Shown here piece by piece: positions 40,499 through 53,924 of a stretch of 64,000 nucleotides of DNA. The stretch comes from Octopus vulgaris. Taxonomy: Eukaryota. The stretch is taken from NCBI GenBank assembly GCA_951406725.2, contig OX597815.1, forward strand, positions 141,670,001 to 141,734,000, given 5' to 3'. The position numbers and the translations under genes are program-made. Numbering within the stretch: position 1 is the first letter of the stretch; the number at the start of each line of letters is the position of its first letter. The notes beneath the pieces were generated by a model, which saw nothing but the letters and a program-made list of their open reading frames with translations, was not told where the DNA came from and ran no database searches.

Positions 40499-41341
40499 GT
40501 TATGGTTTGGACTTCATTATTTCATTATAATAATTATTCGATAATTTCTCTGGGAATTATTGTTCAATAAATAGCAGATGCATTGAAATCTATTCGTATC
40601 CTGCCTCTACATTTTATTTGAACTAAATGATCGATATTGTGAAAATATGTGTTAATCCGAAAGTATATGACATACGTTCACAAAAGCTGTTGAAAGTATT
40701 AAGTTTGTGGAATAGTGCACAATCTCAATCTGCGTATATGGATGAAAGCGAACGGAGATTCGTTGTTGAATGTGTACTTCTGAGTGGAAAAAAAAACTTT
40801 TAAAATATGCACAGAAAATATAAGAAAACAAGACAAAAATACAAAATATAGCCAAGCTACGCATTTGTGTTCTGTCTACTTTCCATGTTAAACAATAAAT
40901 AACTTTAAGTAGTAAAAACATGAATACTTTATTTTATTTAAAACTAGATTTAAATTCCTGGTCTGAAAAAAATTGTTTTAAATGTTTGAAATAACCAATG
41001 GAAATATATATGTTGAATACTTATACAGAGTGGAGTGAAAACTGACATCTGGAATAAGAAGAAAAAACAGCAAAAAGTGTATCTCTCCATCAAGATATTC
41101 AAAATGGAATTATTGTGAGAAAATATTTGAAACCAATTGTATTTTTACAGAAATTCCTATATCGATATTGAGATATGTCATATATATTTCGGTAAATTAT
41201 CTAAAAAAAAAAGTGTTCAAATTCATCAAATTTTATTTCAGAGAAAGATATGCTTCCAAATAAATCATTCTTTATATCACTGTCATGTATTCGACTAGCT
41301 TTTCTCTCCGACTGATATAGCATATGATAATAAGGTTATAT

Positions 41342-41378
<37 letters not shown>

Positions 41379-41390
41379 CATACATATATA

Positions 41391-41657
<267 letters not shown>

Positions 41658-41663
41658 GTGTGT

Positions 41664-41995
<332 letters not shown>

Positions 41996-42037
41996 CACGC
42001 ATGTATGTATGTATTCATGTAAGTATGTATGTATACG

Positions 42038-42101
<64 letters not shown>

Positions 42102-44676
42102 AGAGAGAGAGAGAGATTCAGATGAATATGGTAATTAAGTCAAAGGCACCAGAATTTTGTATGGTATTATCCATATAAATCCATGGGTGATTACAATCAA
42201 AATAAGTAACAAGTATACGGATATACTTGTTGCTTATCTTGATACGTACACACATACATACATATATATATATATATTTATATGGAGATGCCTTATTTTG
42301 GTGCACACCAGGATACACGTGGCAAATAAATGCACGGCTTTTACGTATGAGTGGTAAACCTCTAAAAATCCATACCTACAGGTTACATACAAACCGACGT
42401 TTTCATGATACTTTGTTGCATGTACGAAGAATTTTATGTCATCATGCAATTTACGCTTCCGTAAAACCTTTATATTTGACGAATCTGTTGAGAAAACAAG
42501 ATTACTAGTTAGGCGTTCACATAAGGGAACGAAAGTATGATGACAGGGATGATAGTATGTAAAATATATTGCTACTAAATATAGCATGGAAACAATTTAT
42601 AAATAAAGTATGAGGTGTTAACAAATAATACTTTGAGTAAAGAGTATATGTACGTTTGTGAAAGGGAGGACAGGACTTGGATGACGGGAAGATTGCGATT
42701 TATGGGATTCGATTGGTGAAGTTAGAAAGCTATAATGTTTAAAATGGCAAAGGCCACTCTAGCCTTTGCAGAACAATCGTAAATGCTATGTTGTCAGTTT
42801 GTTACGATATTCTTATCTAAAATCTTGTCAATCTGATAGATGAACATTTCCAGTATGCATTCTAGAATATTTATCTTTGTGGAAGTATGCCTTTTACCTG
42901 TTTGTAGTCGTAAATAACCTTAGATATTCGAATTAAGGTTCACGAGTTACTGAAAAGCAAAAAGCACACATCCTACGCTTGTGTTATTACATTATTTCTC
43001 TATATGATCTGAGCTAAAATTCACATTGACTCGATTCAAATGATCAACAATTATTGATGCATACTCGATTATATTGGTTCACCTCTTCCCTATACATTCA
43101 TAGACTAAGGCAATGATAGAAATCAAAGTATATAGTAGATGTTTCATACCCACATGAAAGAACAAAACATGACATTTCAGAATAAAAGTATCTGTACACC
43201 TGATACAATATAAAAGAGGATACAATACGTATTAATATGTTGGTTAAATATTATTATACTAAAAAAGAGCCAGGGATATGCAATCAAAATTTATGTTAAT
43301 GAATGGTTAACAATTTAGGCAAATTTAAACCTTGTGACAATATAACGATTCAATAATTTTAGAATTGTATTAGAAGTCGGTGTTTTGTGAGCTAAAGCCA
43401 CAGAATAATGAACACTTACTGGAAAGAGGTAAACATATAATTGCTTCTTTTCCTTCGTTTCTATATGATTTTCTGTTATGTATGGATGGATGGGATATAT
43501 GTACATAAATGTATTGGAGCGCCTATAATTGCATTATTATTTGTAGTAAAGAATGGACTCCAAATGTTTAATCATATACTTTCATTATTCGCATTGAGTA
43601 TGCACATATAATAATAAATACATTTAACGAATAATTCTTAGCAATTTATAAACAAAAATGAAAGATTAAAATTCAGCAGAATATTTTCCTTTCATGAGCA
43701 GCCATGCGGATACTTTTCAGACAGAAGTATTATCGTAATTTCAATACTGCAATTTTGTCTTCATTTTCTTATGTAAACAGAAACTTAGATTACAATTTGT
43801 TCCTTTGCCTCCACTGTTTTTATTTTGCAAATAACCACAATTCTGAGCAATCAAACCCAAATTAATAAAAACTATAATCGTTTCCACCTCTTATATCTAG
43901 GCAAAGATTTTTGGAACAACACTGACTCTTTCTTCTTTAAAGTAGAATAACGTGATTGGTTGCTTAATCATTTGAACAGTTCGTATGACTATTTCAAGTT
44001 TCTTACTGTAAGCTTGTTAAAAGTTTGAAGATATACGAAAATATGTATGAATATCAGCGTTGAAATCCATGTCATTTTAGACGAGAGTGATGGTATTGGA
44101 TATTTAGTTTGCGTTTAAGTATATTAAAACCTGCAAGAAAACTGAGGAAGTCATTGTGAGAATTGACAGGTATCACTCAAACCGTGGAAATTAGCTGTAT
44201 AATTTCACTGAAAGCCTACTATACTGTCTTAAATAAAGTATAGGTAGAGCGAAATATATTTTGCAGAGAGAGAACATAGATGATTTTCATATACGATTGG
44301 ATTGCGTTGGATGAGCTCTCGTAGCAGATCGCTAGTGAAAAATTCCCATACTTAATACATTGTTGGAAAAGAAATAATGTTTAGAAACACGAAATTCCCG
44401 GATTCTTCAAATTCGAAAAAGTACATTGCATGCAATATCTTAATTTTTCCCACTTCAAATGTATATAATAATCCATCTTTACCTTTTCACAGTTTATATA
44501 GAATTACTATATGCATTTATATATGGGGGGGGGTATGTGTGTATGTATTTGATTGCGGGTTTGTGTGTGTGTGTGCATGTTTGTATCTGTGTATGTGCAT
44601 GTGTGTGTGTGTGTTAAAAGCTGCGGCAATTGAAGGTATATTCTACTACTGTTGTTGTGTAAGACTGACTAAATAC

Positions 44677-44733
<57 letters not shown>

Positions 44734-45783
44734 ACTAAGATCATCGAGACGAACATACGTTCGGAATGCTGTGGAATTGAACCAATAACCATTGGCATTT
44801 TAGGTGTCAGGAACCTGTGTGAAAGAAACTTCTCCAATGGCATATTGGAAATTTCTGAATAATGACTAAAACTTATGACTATCTATAAATATTTAATGTG
44901 ATAGGGTGCGCAATTTTCTAGTACTCTGAAGTTTACATTTGGTGTTTAACGCAGAAGTTCAAGACAAAATCTGAAATTAGCCACCCCATACAAACATAGC
45001 GAAGTGGAAAATTAGTACCAAACATGTTAACACGGCCTGTAACATTGAGTAAATAAATTTCTGTAAAGCTGCCTTGTGATTTCAGTTTCGGGGTGCACAA
45101 AATACGCAAATATGAATTACATGAGAAGGCAAAGAAATAAAACGACTATCACCTCAAAATGAGTTTGAGCCGGTAGCAAATCCCATCTAATATTGGTCAA
45201 GCGGAACATTGAGGATATCCCATTTGAAAATAGGTTACATTACACTAACACACTTCTGATAACGTTTCCATCGAATCAGACGAGGGCAAATTGAAATGAA
45301 ATTTTTTCTCAAGGTCTAAAACGCACCGCTCATTTGAGGAATGTAATGTACTATTTCAAAATCAACTATCGAAAACCAAGTTCCTTAATCTGGTAAAAGT
45401 AAGATAACACACTGTAATTCAGGATTGAGATGAACAGGAAAAAAAATGTTAATCTTAAAATATACCGATAACACAAGCACAGATAACGAAATTACAAATA
45501 TCAAGTCATGCAGCTCGATAATTGGCTTCAATTTGCCTCAAATACAAAAAAGTAACGATTCAAACAAAATTTAAGCACGTTTTAACAGTAATGAGATGTT
45601 ATATCTTTTAACTGTCTGTACTATTTCGTCAGATATATTTGAAATTGATGAAGCTTTAAAAGTTACAATATTCCATTTTATATGATACAACGAAATTTTA
45701 CAGATATCAGATGAATTTAGGTATTTACGATTACAGTAATATCATTAGCTGTAAGGCAATTTTCACGTTTTAATGCGCATATT

Positions 45784-46020
45784 TTGATGCAACGTTCAGT
45801 TGGAACATACTGCAATTATGGAGCTTTATATAAGTATGAGAGCTCGTATTCAGAATATCTAGGTTCAAAGGAGTATAGGTGTATCCAAACAACATCTCTT
45901 CTCTGTTTAGAAAGGGTCATGCCATATATCATCGGATGGACATTACGTCAATTTCCCTTTGATATATCAGGATTTACTCCTGAAGTATATAGTATAACAA
46001 GCATTACACGAAAAATGTTT
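45784..46020 (+). pseudogene. Fibronectin type III-like remnant
   Basis: ATFSW (adjacent frame) plus NYGALYKYE..CIQTTSLLCLERVMPY..G.TPE. Confidence 0.4.
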
Positions 46021-48219
46021 TATTGGTCTTCTATCCCTCCTTATGAATGTAATCCACTCCTATTTAGTCTAGATATTTTATTATCGTTACACAACTACAA
46101 TCTCCATTATTTCCGCGTATTTATCACCTTTTGTTTTCTTTTAATCTTTGCTCTAAGGTACGTATACGACTAGTTTTACGACTGTCTTCAATCGATGTCT
46201 AATCACTTCAGTGTTCTATTGTTACTGCCAGATAGGCTCGTAAAGAATTGCTAGATGCAAGATGTACGAGTCATAAGGAAATTTCAAAGCTATGTCACGT
46301 CTATCTTGACTATAAATGATATTATCCATCAGCCTGAGGAAGTTGAAGCATACTTTTTTTTGAAAAGGGCTAAAAGTTAAATTTAGGAGAATCGATATTT
46401 TCTTGAATCCGAGATTATTATGGACTTGACTTACCATTTTATCCTTTGGTATTAAAAACGAAAAAGAAAATTAATTGAAATATGCTTACAAACTGCAATG
46501 TGTTTACAAAGTTACAAATATCATGACCTGTTCGGCCATAATTGAGCTTGCTTAGCATGTAATACTGCATATGTGTTTGTGTGCCTGTGTATGTGTTCCT
46601 GCACGCGTGTATGTATGTATATATGTACATATATATCCGATTTTCTGTTTGAGTTTTTCTACCACCACCACTTCATAGCCTTTTTTGCTATGTTTACATC
46701 CTCATGACCTAGTGATTCGAGAAGAGACGGATAAAATAACTGCAAGGCTTAAAATATATGCATGTATATTATATAAAGAAAACATTTTTACTATTTACTA
46801 CATATTTGCTATATTTTATTTGTTGCAGTCTTTGGATAGTGGCTATCTTGAATGGTTTAGTCGGACAAATCGATCCCAGTATTTAAAAATAAGTAATGAC
46901 AGTTGTTAACGTTTCAAGGTGGTACTCCAGCATTGTGGCTATCCAATGATTGAAACGAGTATAAGACTGAAAATGTCTAAATAAATGGTTAATACGTGTC
47001 TTTATGTAATGACATTTTAGATAAATATTGCATTTCAATTTTACATTCAAACGTTTTTGAAGTGGGACCTAAATAAGTGCTTGACTGAGATATTAAACCT
47101 TTAAGTAACAACAAAACCCCAAACCTCTGGTAAAAAGTTAAAAAATTAGAGATATGCAATTCGATAAGTACAGTGAATTTTAATTCGAGGGACTTTTCTA
47201 AAAAGACACTTAATATATATCAAAACTACAGGAATATTGAAACGAAGACATGGTAGCAATGAAAATTGAAGAGCAAGAGAAGAACAAAATAAGCAAATGA
47301 CATCAGTCGAATTGCGTCTTTGCATTAAACACGATTTCTTTAATAAGACCATAAACTATGTATTAAAATAGGTATAATTTAGTGAAGGGGTACGAAGAGG
47401 ATAAAATGAAAATTCACTAAAACTGGAAAGGGAAAAGATAATTATGACATAGAAAGGCAACGATAGAAAAAAATATCATATGGAAACAAAAAAATAGAAA
47501 GGATTAGAGAAAGTGTAAAGTGATTGTAACCCAGGTAACCACCACACAAGTTGCAGTTGCTATTTTGTTTATAGGTAAAGTAACCCTAAAAAAACTCAAG
47601 TTTACATTATAAATAAAATAATCCTAAAAACTATATATCGCAGCCGTAATAAAGGCAGACACATACAATTTTGGTAATGTGTTCTGAAGTGTATGGTAGT
47701 TATAAGTTACTAGATTTAGCCACTGCAGGGAAATAGGATAGACACACTAGGACAAGTATAAACAATTGTCATTATATATCTACTTAGATAAAATAAAACA
47801 ACGTCTGTCTTCGATGTTTGTTTTAATCAATGATTTATTGCATTCAGAAAATATTACGTAGAAATATTCATAGTCAAATTACGTATTGATTTCTCAACGC
47901 CGGCTCTCATTTGCATAATATAGAATTTGATGGAAACGCATTGAAATGATTAAATAATAATGTCGAAAACAGGATATAATTATTACGTTTCCACCGGAAA
48001 CTCAAGTATACAAATCAACCTATGCATTGACCGAACTCATCCGCTTTCGTAAGAATGATTATTTAAACACTGCAGCTCTCCACATATGAAAAAGTACCTC
48101 AACCTCGTGAACAAGCACATAAAAACCAAAATTACACAGATCAATCCTTGCTTTGTTCTCCACATATTTACATAAAATGTAAATTTCACCAATTTATTTC
48201 TTATTGCTTTACATACCAA

Positions 48220-48380
48220 GGTGGTGTGCTAGCAAAATCGTTCTGGGTGGAATTGTCGTCGAGGTCGATATTACCTTTTACCCTTTGGGGATCGATAGAA
48301 AAAGATTCAGTTGAACACTGGGCTCGATCAAATCGACTTATTTCCTCTCCCGAAATTGCTTGAGCCAAAATTTGAAATCA
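48220..48380 (+). mobile_element. Degraded SINE family A
   Basis: gctagcaaaatcgtt..gaggtcgat..cctttggggatcgata..cagttgaacactggg. Confidence 0.7.
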
Positions 48381-48398
48381 GTAATACTTTATATATAA

Positions 48399-48756
48399 CA
48401 ATCAATATTGCCCGGCGTTGCTCGGGTTTGTTTCGACCCTTTAGAATTGGAATTTTTGAAAAGTAAAACATTTGCATTATGTAGCTTGTTATTCTCTTTA
48501 AGTGAATATTTAAAATACACCGAAAAATGGCGACACAGCAGGCAAAAAATCGTAAAAAATAGGGATCATCATAAAAAAAAGAACCTTTTTGATGTAAAAA
48601 CTTTTCGATCTTAACATGGTCCGATTTGAAGCCTTCTTCTATCATATTGTCAATTTTGGTCAACTTGCGCCGCAGGGTCTCGGGGGAGATAGCGTTAGTT
48701 GAAGGCTAACAAACCTGTCACACAAAGACAACTTCCGCTTTATATATATATATAGA
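48399..48756 (-). mobile_element. Non-autonomous Helitron related to 18081
   Basis: Same gcccggcgttgctcgg 3' hairpin and TC(TA)n..aagttg 5' end; different interior; CTAG eroded. Confidence 0.75.
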
Positions 48757-49443
48757 TATTTTTTGACACCATTTTCAACTGAGAAGTCCTTAAAAAGGCA
48801 CACTCAAAACTGCTAGAATTTGCATTTTTCAAGGTAGAGAATTCGAACTTACGCCAATCGATTCAGGAAATGTTTCTACGTATATAGTCATGTTTTGTTT
48901 TTCGCAAAACTCAAAAATTGAACGTGTTTTCGCCCCATTTTACCGTTGCATTCGCGCAAACACGTGCACAGTCACGCGTAGAATCCAACATGTTGCGTGA
49001 ACACAACTCAAGGCAATAGTGTATGACATCCACTCACTCGAAGAAAATGTATTGTTTCGGGTCTTTGTCATCGAGATTGAGACTTGAAACCTACTCTTGT
49101 TGTAACTAAACCACGCGTTCTATAGGTGTGTGAATTTTCAGCTCGATCCTAGCATGTCTATTGCCATTTAATCCTTACCAAAGCCAAAGTGCGTATGTGT
49201 TTTTCCTCTTTTATGTAGGTAGATAATGGTTATAACAATTATAACTAGCGTCATTTAAATTGTTCAATTAATACTAAAAAAGTGCTACATTACATGTTTA
49301 TTTGATAATATAGTACGCATATTATCAAATAAATATGTTATGTAGCAATTTTCGGCATTTCTGTGTGAATAATTCCATAACTGTGATAACCAAATTCCCT
49401 CCACATGAAATCTTTCGTAAAGCATTTAAACCACAAATGTGAC

Positions 49444-49491
<48 letters not shown>

Positions 49492-50501
49492 GCAAATATG
49501 CGCAAGCATTCACAGAGGCAGGCATAAGCGTGTGCAAGGTCTGAAAGTATGAGAGACAGATAAAAAACAAGATATATGTTTATGCATAGCTACAAACATA
49601 TGCGTGTGCTGCGCTGTATGTATTTTTAATAGTTATAAGTATGACAATTAGGAAAGTATTCATTTGATATAGACTAATTTCAAATTTCATTGAGATTGTA
49701 ATTTCAAATATATTAGTTCAGATAATCATCTCGCTTCATATGTTTTTCGAGTACTGCCACATCTCTAGGTATCTGTAATTTATGTAATACTTCGTACTTG
49801 AATATAGATTTTTGCAACATTAGTTTCAAATACTTTCTTATTTTCTTTTTTTCCTAATTTAGCTATAGTTTCACCTTCAGGTTATGTAAGATTTTTATCT
49901 GCATAGAATGCATCAGAACGTAATGAGAAGTAATGGAAACTAAATGTAGACAAGCAGCTTAATAGTCTTCGGGGTGTTAAACTAGGATTTCAATATATGC
50001 TATGTAAATTTAATAATTAAGCAAATATTTTAAAGCTATGATAGTAAATCATGTGTGTTATCTAATTAAGGATTTACTATAGCGAAAGAGAAAACATTTC
50101 CATATTATTTGAAAATATAACAATTTTTTTAATTATGACGCAATAATCAATATTTCTCTCACAAAATATTAGAAATCTTTTGCTGATATGAAAAATAGGA
50201 AAATAGATTGATACTGTCGTAAAATTAATGACTATTAAAACTGTTGTGTGGCAAATGTAATGTTTAAAACTACCGATGCATGACAGACTTACAATAAATG
50301 AAATATATATTAAAATGTGTGAGTAATATAAATGGAAGTCTTTAAAAAAAGTATAAGCTCTTAATAAAATAAAAATGGTATCCAATAGTCTTTCATAGTA
50401 ACTTTCCTTCTGATTAAGCGCAATTTATTTATAAGGCATAATTTAGATGTTGTTTTTTATATTTTGAATTCTGATTCTTTTTTTTATTTTGAAATCTAGT
50501 A

Positions 50502-50864
50502 AATTCTTTTCTACTCTAGGTACAAGGTCCGAAATTTTGGAAGAGGGGTTCCAGTCGATTATATCAACCCCAGTACATAAATGGTACTTAATTTATCGAC
50601 TCCGAAAGGATGAAAGGCAAAGTCGACCTCGGCGGAATTTGAACTCACAGCGTAGCGGCAGACGAAATACCTATTTCGTTACTACCCACAAGGGGCTAAA
50701 CACAGAGGGGTCAAACAAGGATAGACAAACGGATTAAGTCGATTATATCGACCCCAGCGCGTAACTGGTACTTATCTAATAGACCCCGAAAGAATGAAAG
50801 GCAAAGTCGACCTCGGCGGAATACCGCTAAGCATTTCAACCGACAGCTTTGCCAGCTCGCCGTC
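50502..50864 (-). mobile_element. Dimeric SINE family A with 14 bp TSD
   Basis: Two tandem units; tttgaaatctagta at 50488-50501 and 50865-50878. Confidence 0.92.
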
Positions 50865-51039
50865 TTTGAAATCTAGTATATTAACACTTACATACATACG
50901 TACGTACGTATATAATACATACATACATACATACATACATACATACATACATACATACATACATACATGCATGCATGCATACTGTATAAATGCAGACACA
51001 AATAAGAAATACACACATATTCATATATACATACATACC

Positions 51040-51200
51040 ACAGGTTTCTTTCAGTTTCCGTCTACCGTATCCACTCACAAGTCTTTGGTCAGCCTGAGAC
51101 AATAGTAGAAGACACTTGTAGAAGGTGCCACGCAGTGGGACTCAATCCGGAGTCATGTGGATACGCAGCAAGCTTCTTACCACGCAGCCTCTCATGCGCA
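51040..51200 (-). mobile_element. SINE family B head and core
   Basis: ttcagtttccgtctacc..gtagaagacacttg..cacgcagtgggact. Confidence 0.85.
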
Positions 51201-51839
51201 CTAGTATAGTGCCAGGTAAAAAAAGCATAATAATATAAAATAATATGGGCGCAGATACTCACGTCACACATCGTAGGAACAGAAATGCATGCATATATAT
51301 ATATATATATATATTTCTGTACGCATAAATATATACTTCTTATATACATTCTTATTCCTTTTAAACACCAGAAATCAATAATACAACATGATGAATTTAA
51401 AGAAAATATAGCATAATATAATGACATACGAGTAAAATGAAATATACTCACGTCTATTTATATATTGACACATATACAGTTCCAACATATATTGTTATTC
51501 GTCTTACTATACATATTAATGTTAATATAGACTAGGTCTCACCCACAAACGAGGTATTTATGTATGTACGCATATATGTATGTGATTGTATTTATGCAGG
51601 GGCAGGGTGCATGTGTGTGTTTCTCTGTGTGTGTATGTGGGTTTGTGCTTCTTACATATATTGAACTATTTCTGTAAACCAGAGTTTAATGAAGATATTT
51701 AAAGAGGAATTTGTACCATAACACCTTCAAATGCTTCTGATTTCTCTATTGAGTTTCCTCTTTTTTGCACCAGGGTCTCTTTTTGTTGATATAAAACCTT
51801 TCTTTCAGGTACACGCACAAGAATAAATCCGGGCTAGTC

Positions 51840-52289
51840 CCGTTTGGGGAGCATGAAGACCATTCAAAGTAGAGGCAACTGGTCATATCGCAACAGAAGC
51901 AATGCGGTTGCTACGGCAGTGCTTCGGAGAGAGAAAAATCTCCCGCTACAGCAACGTCACAAAGCCTTCACGCTCCCTTGACTTGACTAGTCCATATTTT
52001 GTCTTATGGTGAGAACTGAAAGAGAGGGTTTACTTCAACAAACCGGAGACTTTGGTGCAACTGAAGGAGAACATCAATTGGGAATCAGAGAAGAAGGGTC
52101 TGAAACTCTTGAGGGTGTTATGGTGAAACGTTCGGAAAGAGCAAGGGAGTGCGAAGCCGAACATGGCTGCCATTTAAGCGATATCTTTCTTCATATTTGA
52201 TGTAGTGGTGTGCATATTAATTTCCATTATGCCTTTTGTAAAGTTAAGGAGGTTATTAAAAATTGAAACCCATCAGTGATCTTTCGGAC

Positions 52290-52295
<6 letters not shown>
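51840..52295 (+). mobile_element. DD41D-type Tc1/mariner 3' fragment
   Basis: EATGHIATEAMRLLRQCFGERKISR..PSRSLDLTSPYFVLW; ends cggacaccct|(TA)n. Confidence 0.7.
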
Positions 52296-52368
<73 letters not shown>

Positions 52369-52427
52369 GTAATATATATATTACATGTATGTATATCATA
52401 TATTTATATGTGTATGCTACTATATAT

Positions 52428-52484
<57 letters not shown>

Positions 52485-53884
52485 CACCCACACATGCCTA
52501 TATAAATTCGTATATGATGGTGATGGCGTATGGATGAGTCGATAAATGCATATGAGTATGTTTTTCTGTATGATGCCACCCCCATACTTGGGTAATGTCA
52601 CTATAAGAAAGGGTGCGAAACGTGTAAGTGATGATGCAATTTTCACTAATTGCAAATAGAAATAGATAAATGAATGAATAGCCTCATTTTATCCATTTTC
52701 TTAGTCACGCACACTCTTATTAGATAATTTGTCGACAAAATAAGTAGTAATTTTTAGAAAATGTTGATACATTGATCTTGAAGTACTGTGACTGCGATGT
52801 TTTCACACTGAAGTAAGAGATTTTATTCTTCATATGATATATAGCTATTTTTCCTTTCTCAGTGTTCGTATTATTTTGCCTAGTATCATGATATCTTCAC
52901 TGTTTGTTCTGGATAATGCTATTCCTCATTAGAAATCAATAACAGTCTTACTTCATTTTTATGGAGAAAATTTTGTAGAATGTATTCCTCAAGTGATACG
53001 TGAAAGATAAATTTAATATAAAAGGAAAACAACTAGAAAATATAAATATGTCTTCCTACAAAAATGCTTTTGAAAATTAGTATAGCAGCAGCAAAAGTAG
53101 TAAAAACATTATGACCAGCTGTATGAGGGGCACCAGCATTACTTTACTGATCTACGAAACCTGAAAGGACATTTTATATGACTGTTCTTCTCAGTGTTTT
53201 GCTTTTGTTAGTGTCAGAATATCTTCAAGCATCAGATAATATTCAGTTGAGAACTTTTCTTGAAGGGAACAAAAAAAAAAAAAAACACTCAGAAAATTCA
53301 ATATCTAAAAATCAAATTCGCAAAAGGTGAGTGCTGAATATATTATTGGAAATCTGGTAGAAAAATATGTGTTAGGGTATTTATAATCTTGTTGCAAAAA
53401 GAGACAATAGTAAAATATAAATAAGTGCCTAAACACATCGTTACTGTGCTTTGACATTGAATATCTGACATCAGCTAATGTCTAAAACTAAGTTCAATTT
53501 TAAGTCAATATAATCTCTGTACTTGTTTAATTGGTGAATTAAATAAACATAGATTATATATCTTTTAATATTATTGCCTATTAGTAATTAGTAATTACTC
53601 AATTACCCAATTGCCGTTGGTAAATTTCTGTATGCTATCAAGCGAAGGGTGAATAGGAAATGTTGCTTCTTGTAAAAACCAAAGGGTATCAATAATTGTT
53701 GAGTTGAGTGAACAACATTGCGGAGTTTGATTTCCGTTGGCACTACTTCACCTTGTGTTATGTCACCATCTTATGTATAGGAAAGCTATCATATAAATAT
53801 AACCACATAGTTATTTCAAAGAATATATATGTGTGTGTGTGTGTGTGTGTGCGTGTGTGTGTGCGTTCGTGTGTGTGTGTGTGT

Positions 53885-53924
<40 letters not shown>

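Noticed and set aside
48780-49200. Additional MITE or Helentron
   Set aside because: Looks repeat-like, but I could not define termini
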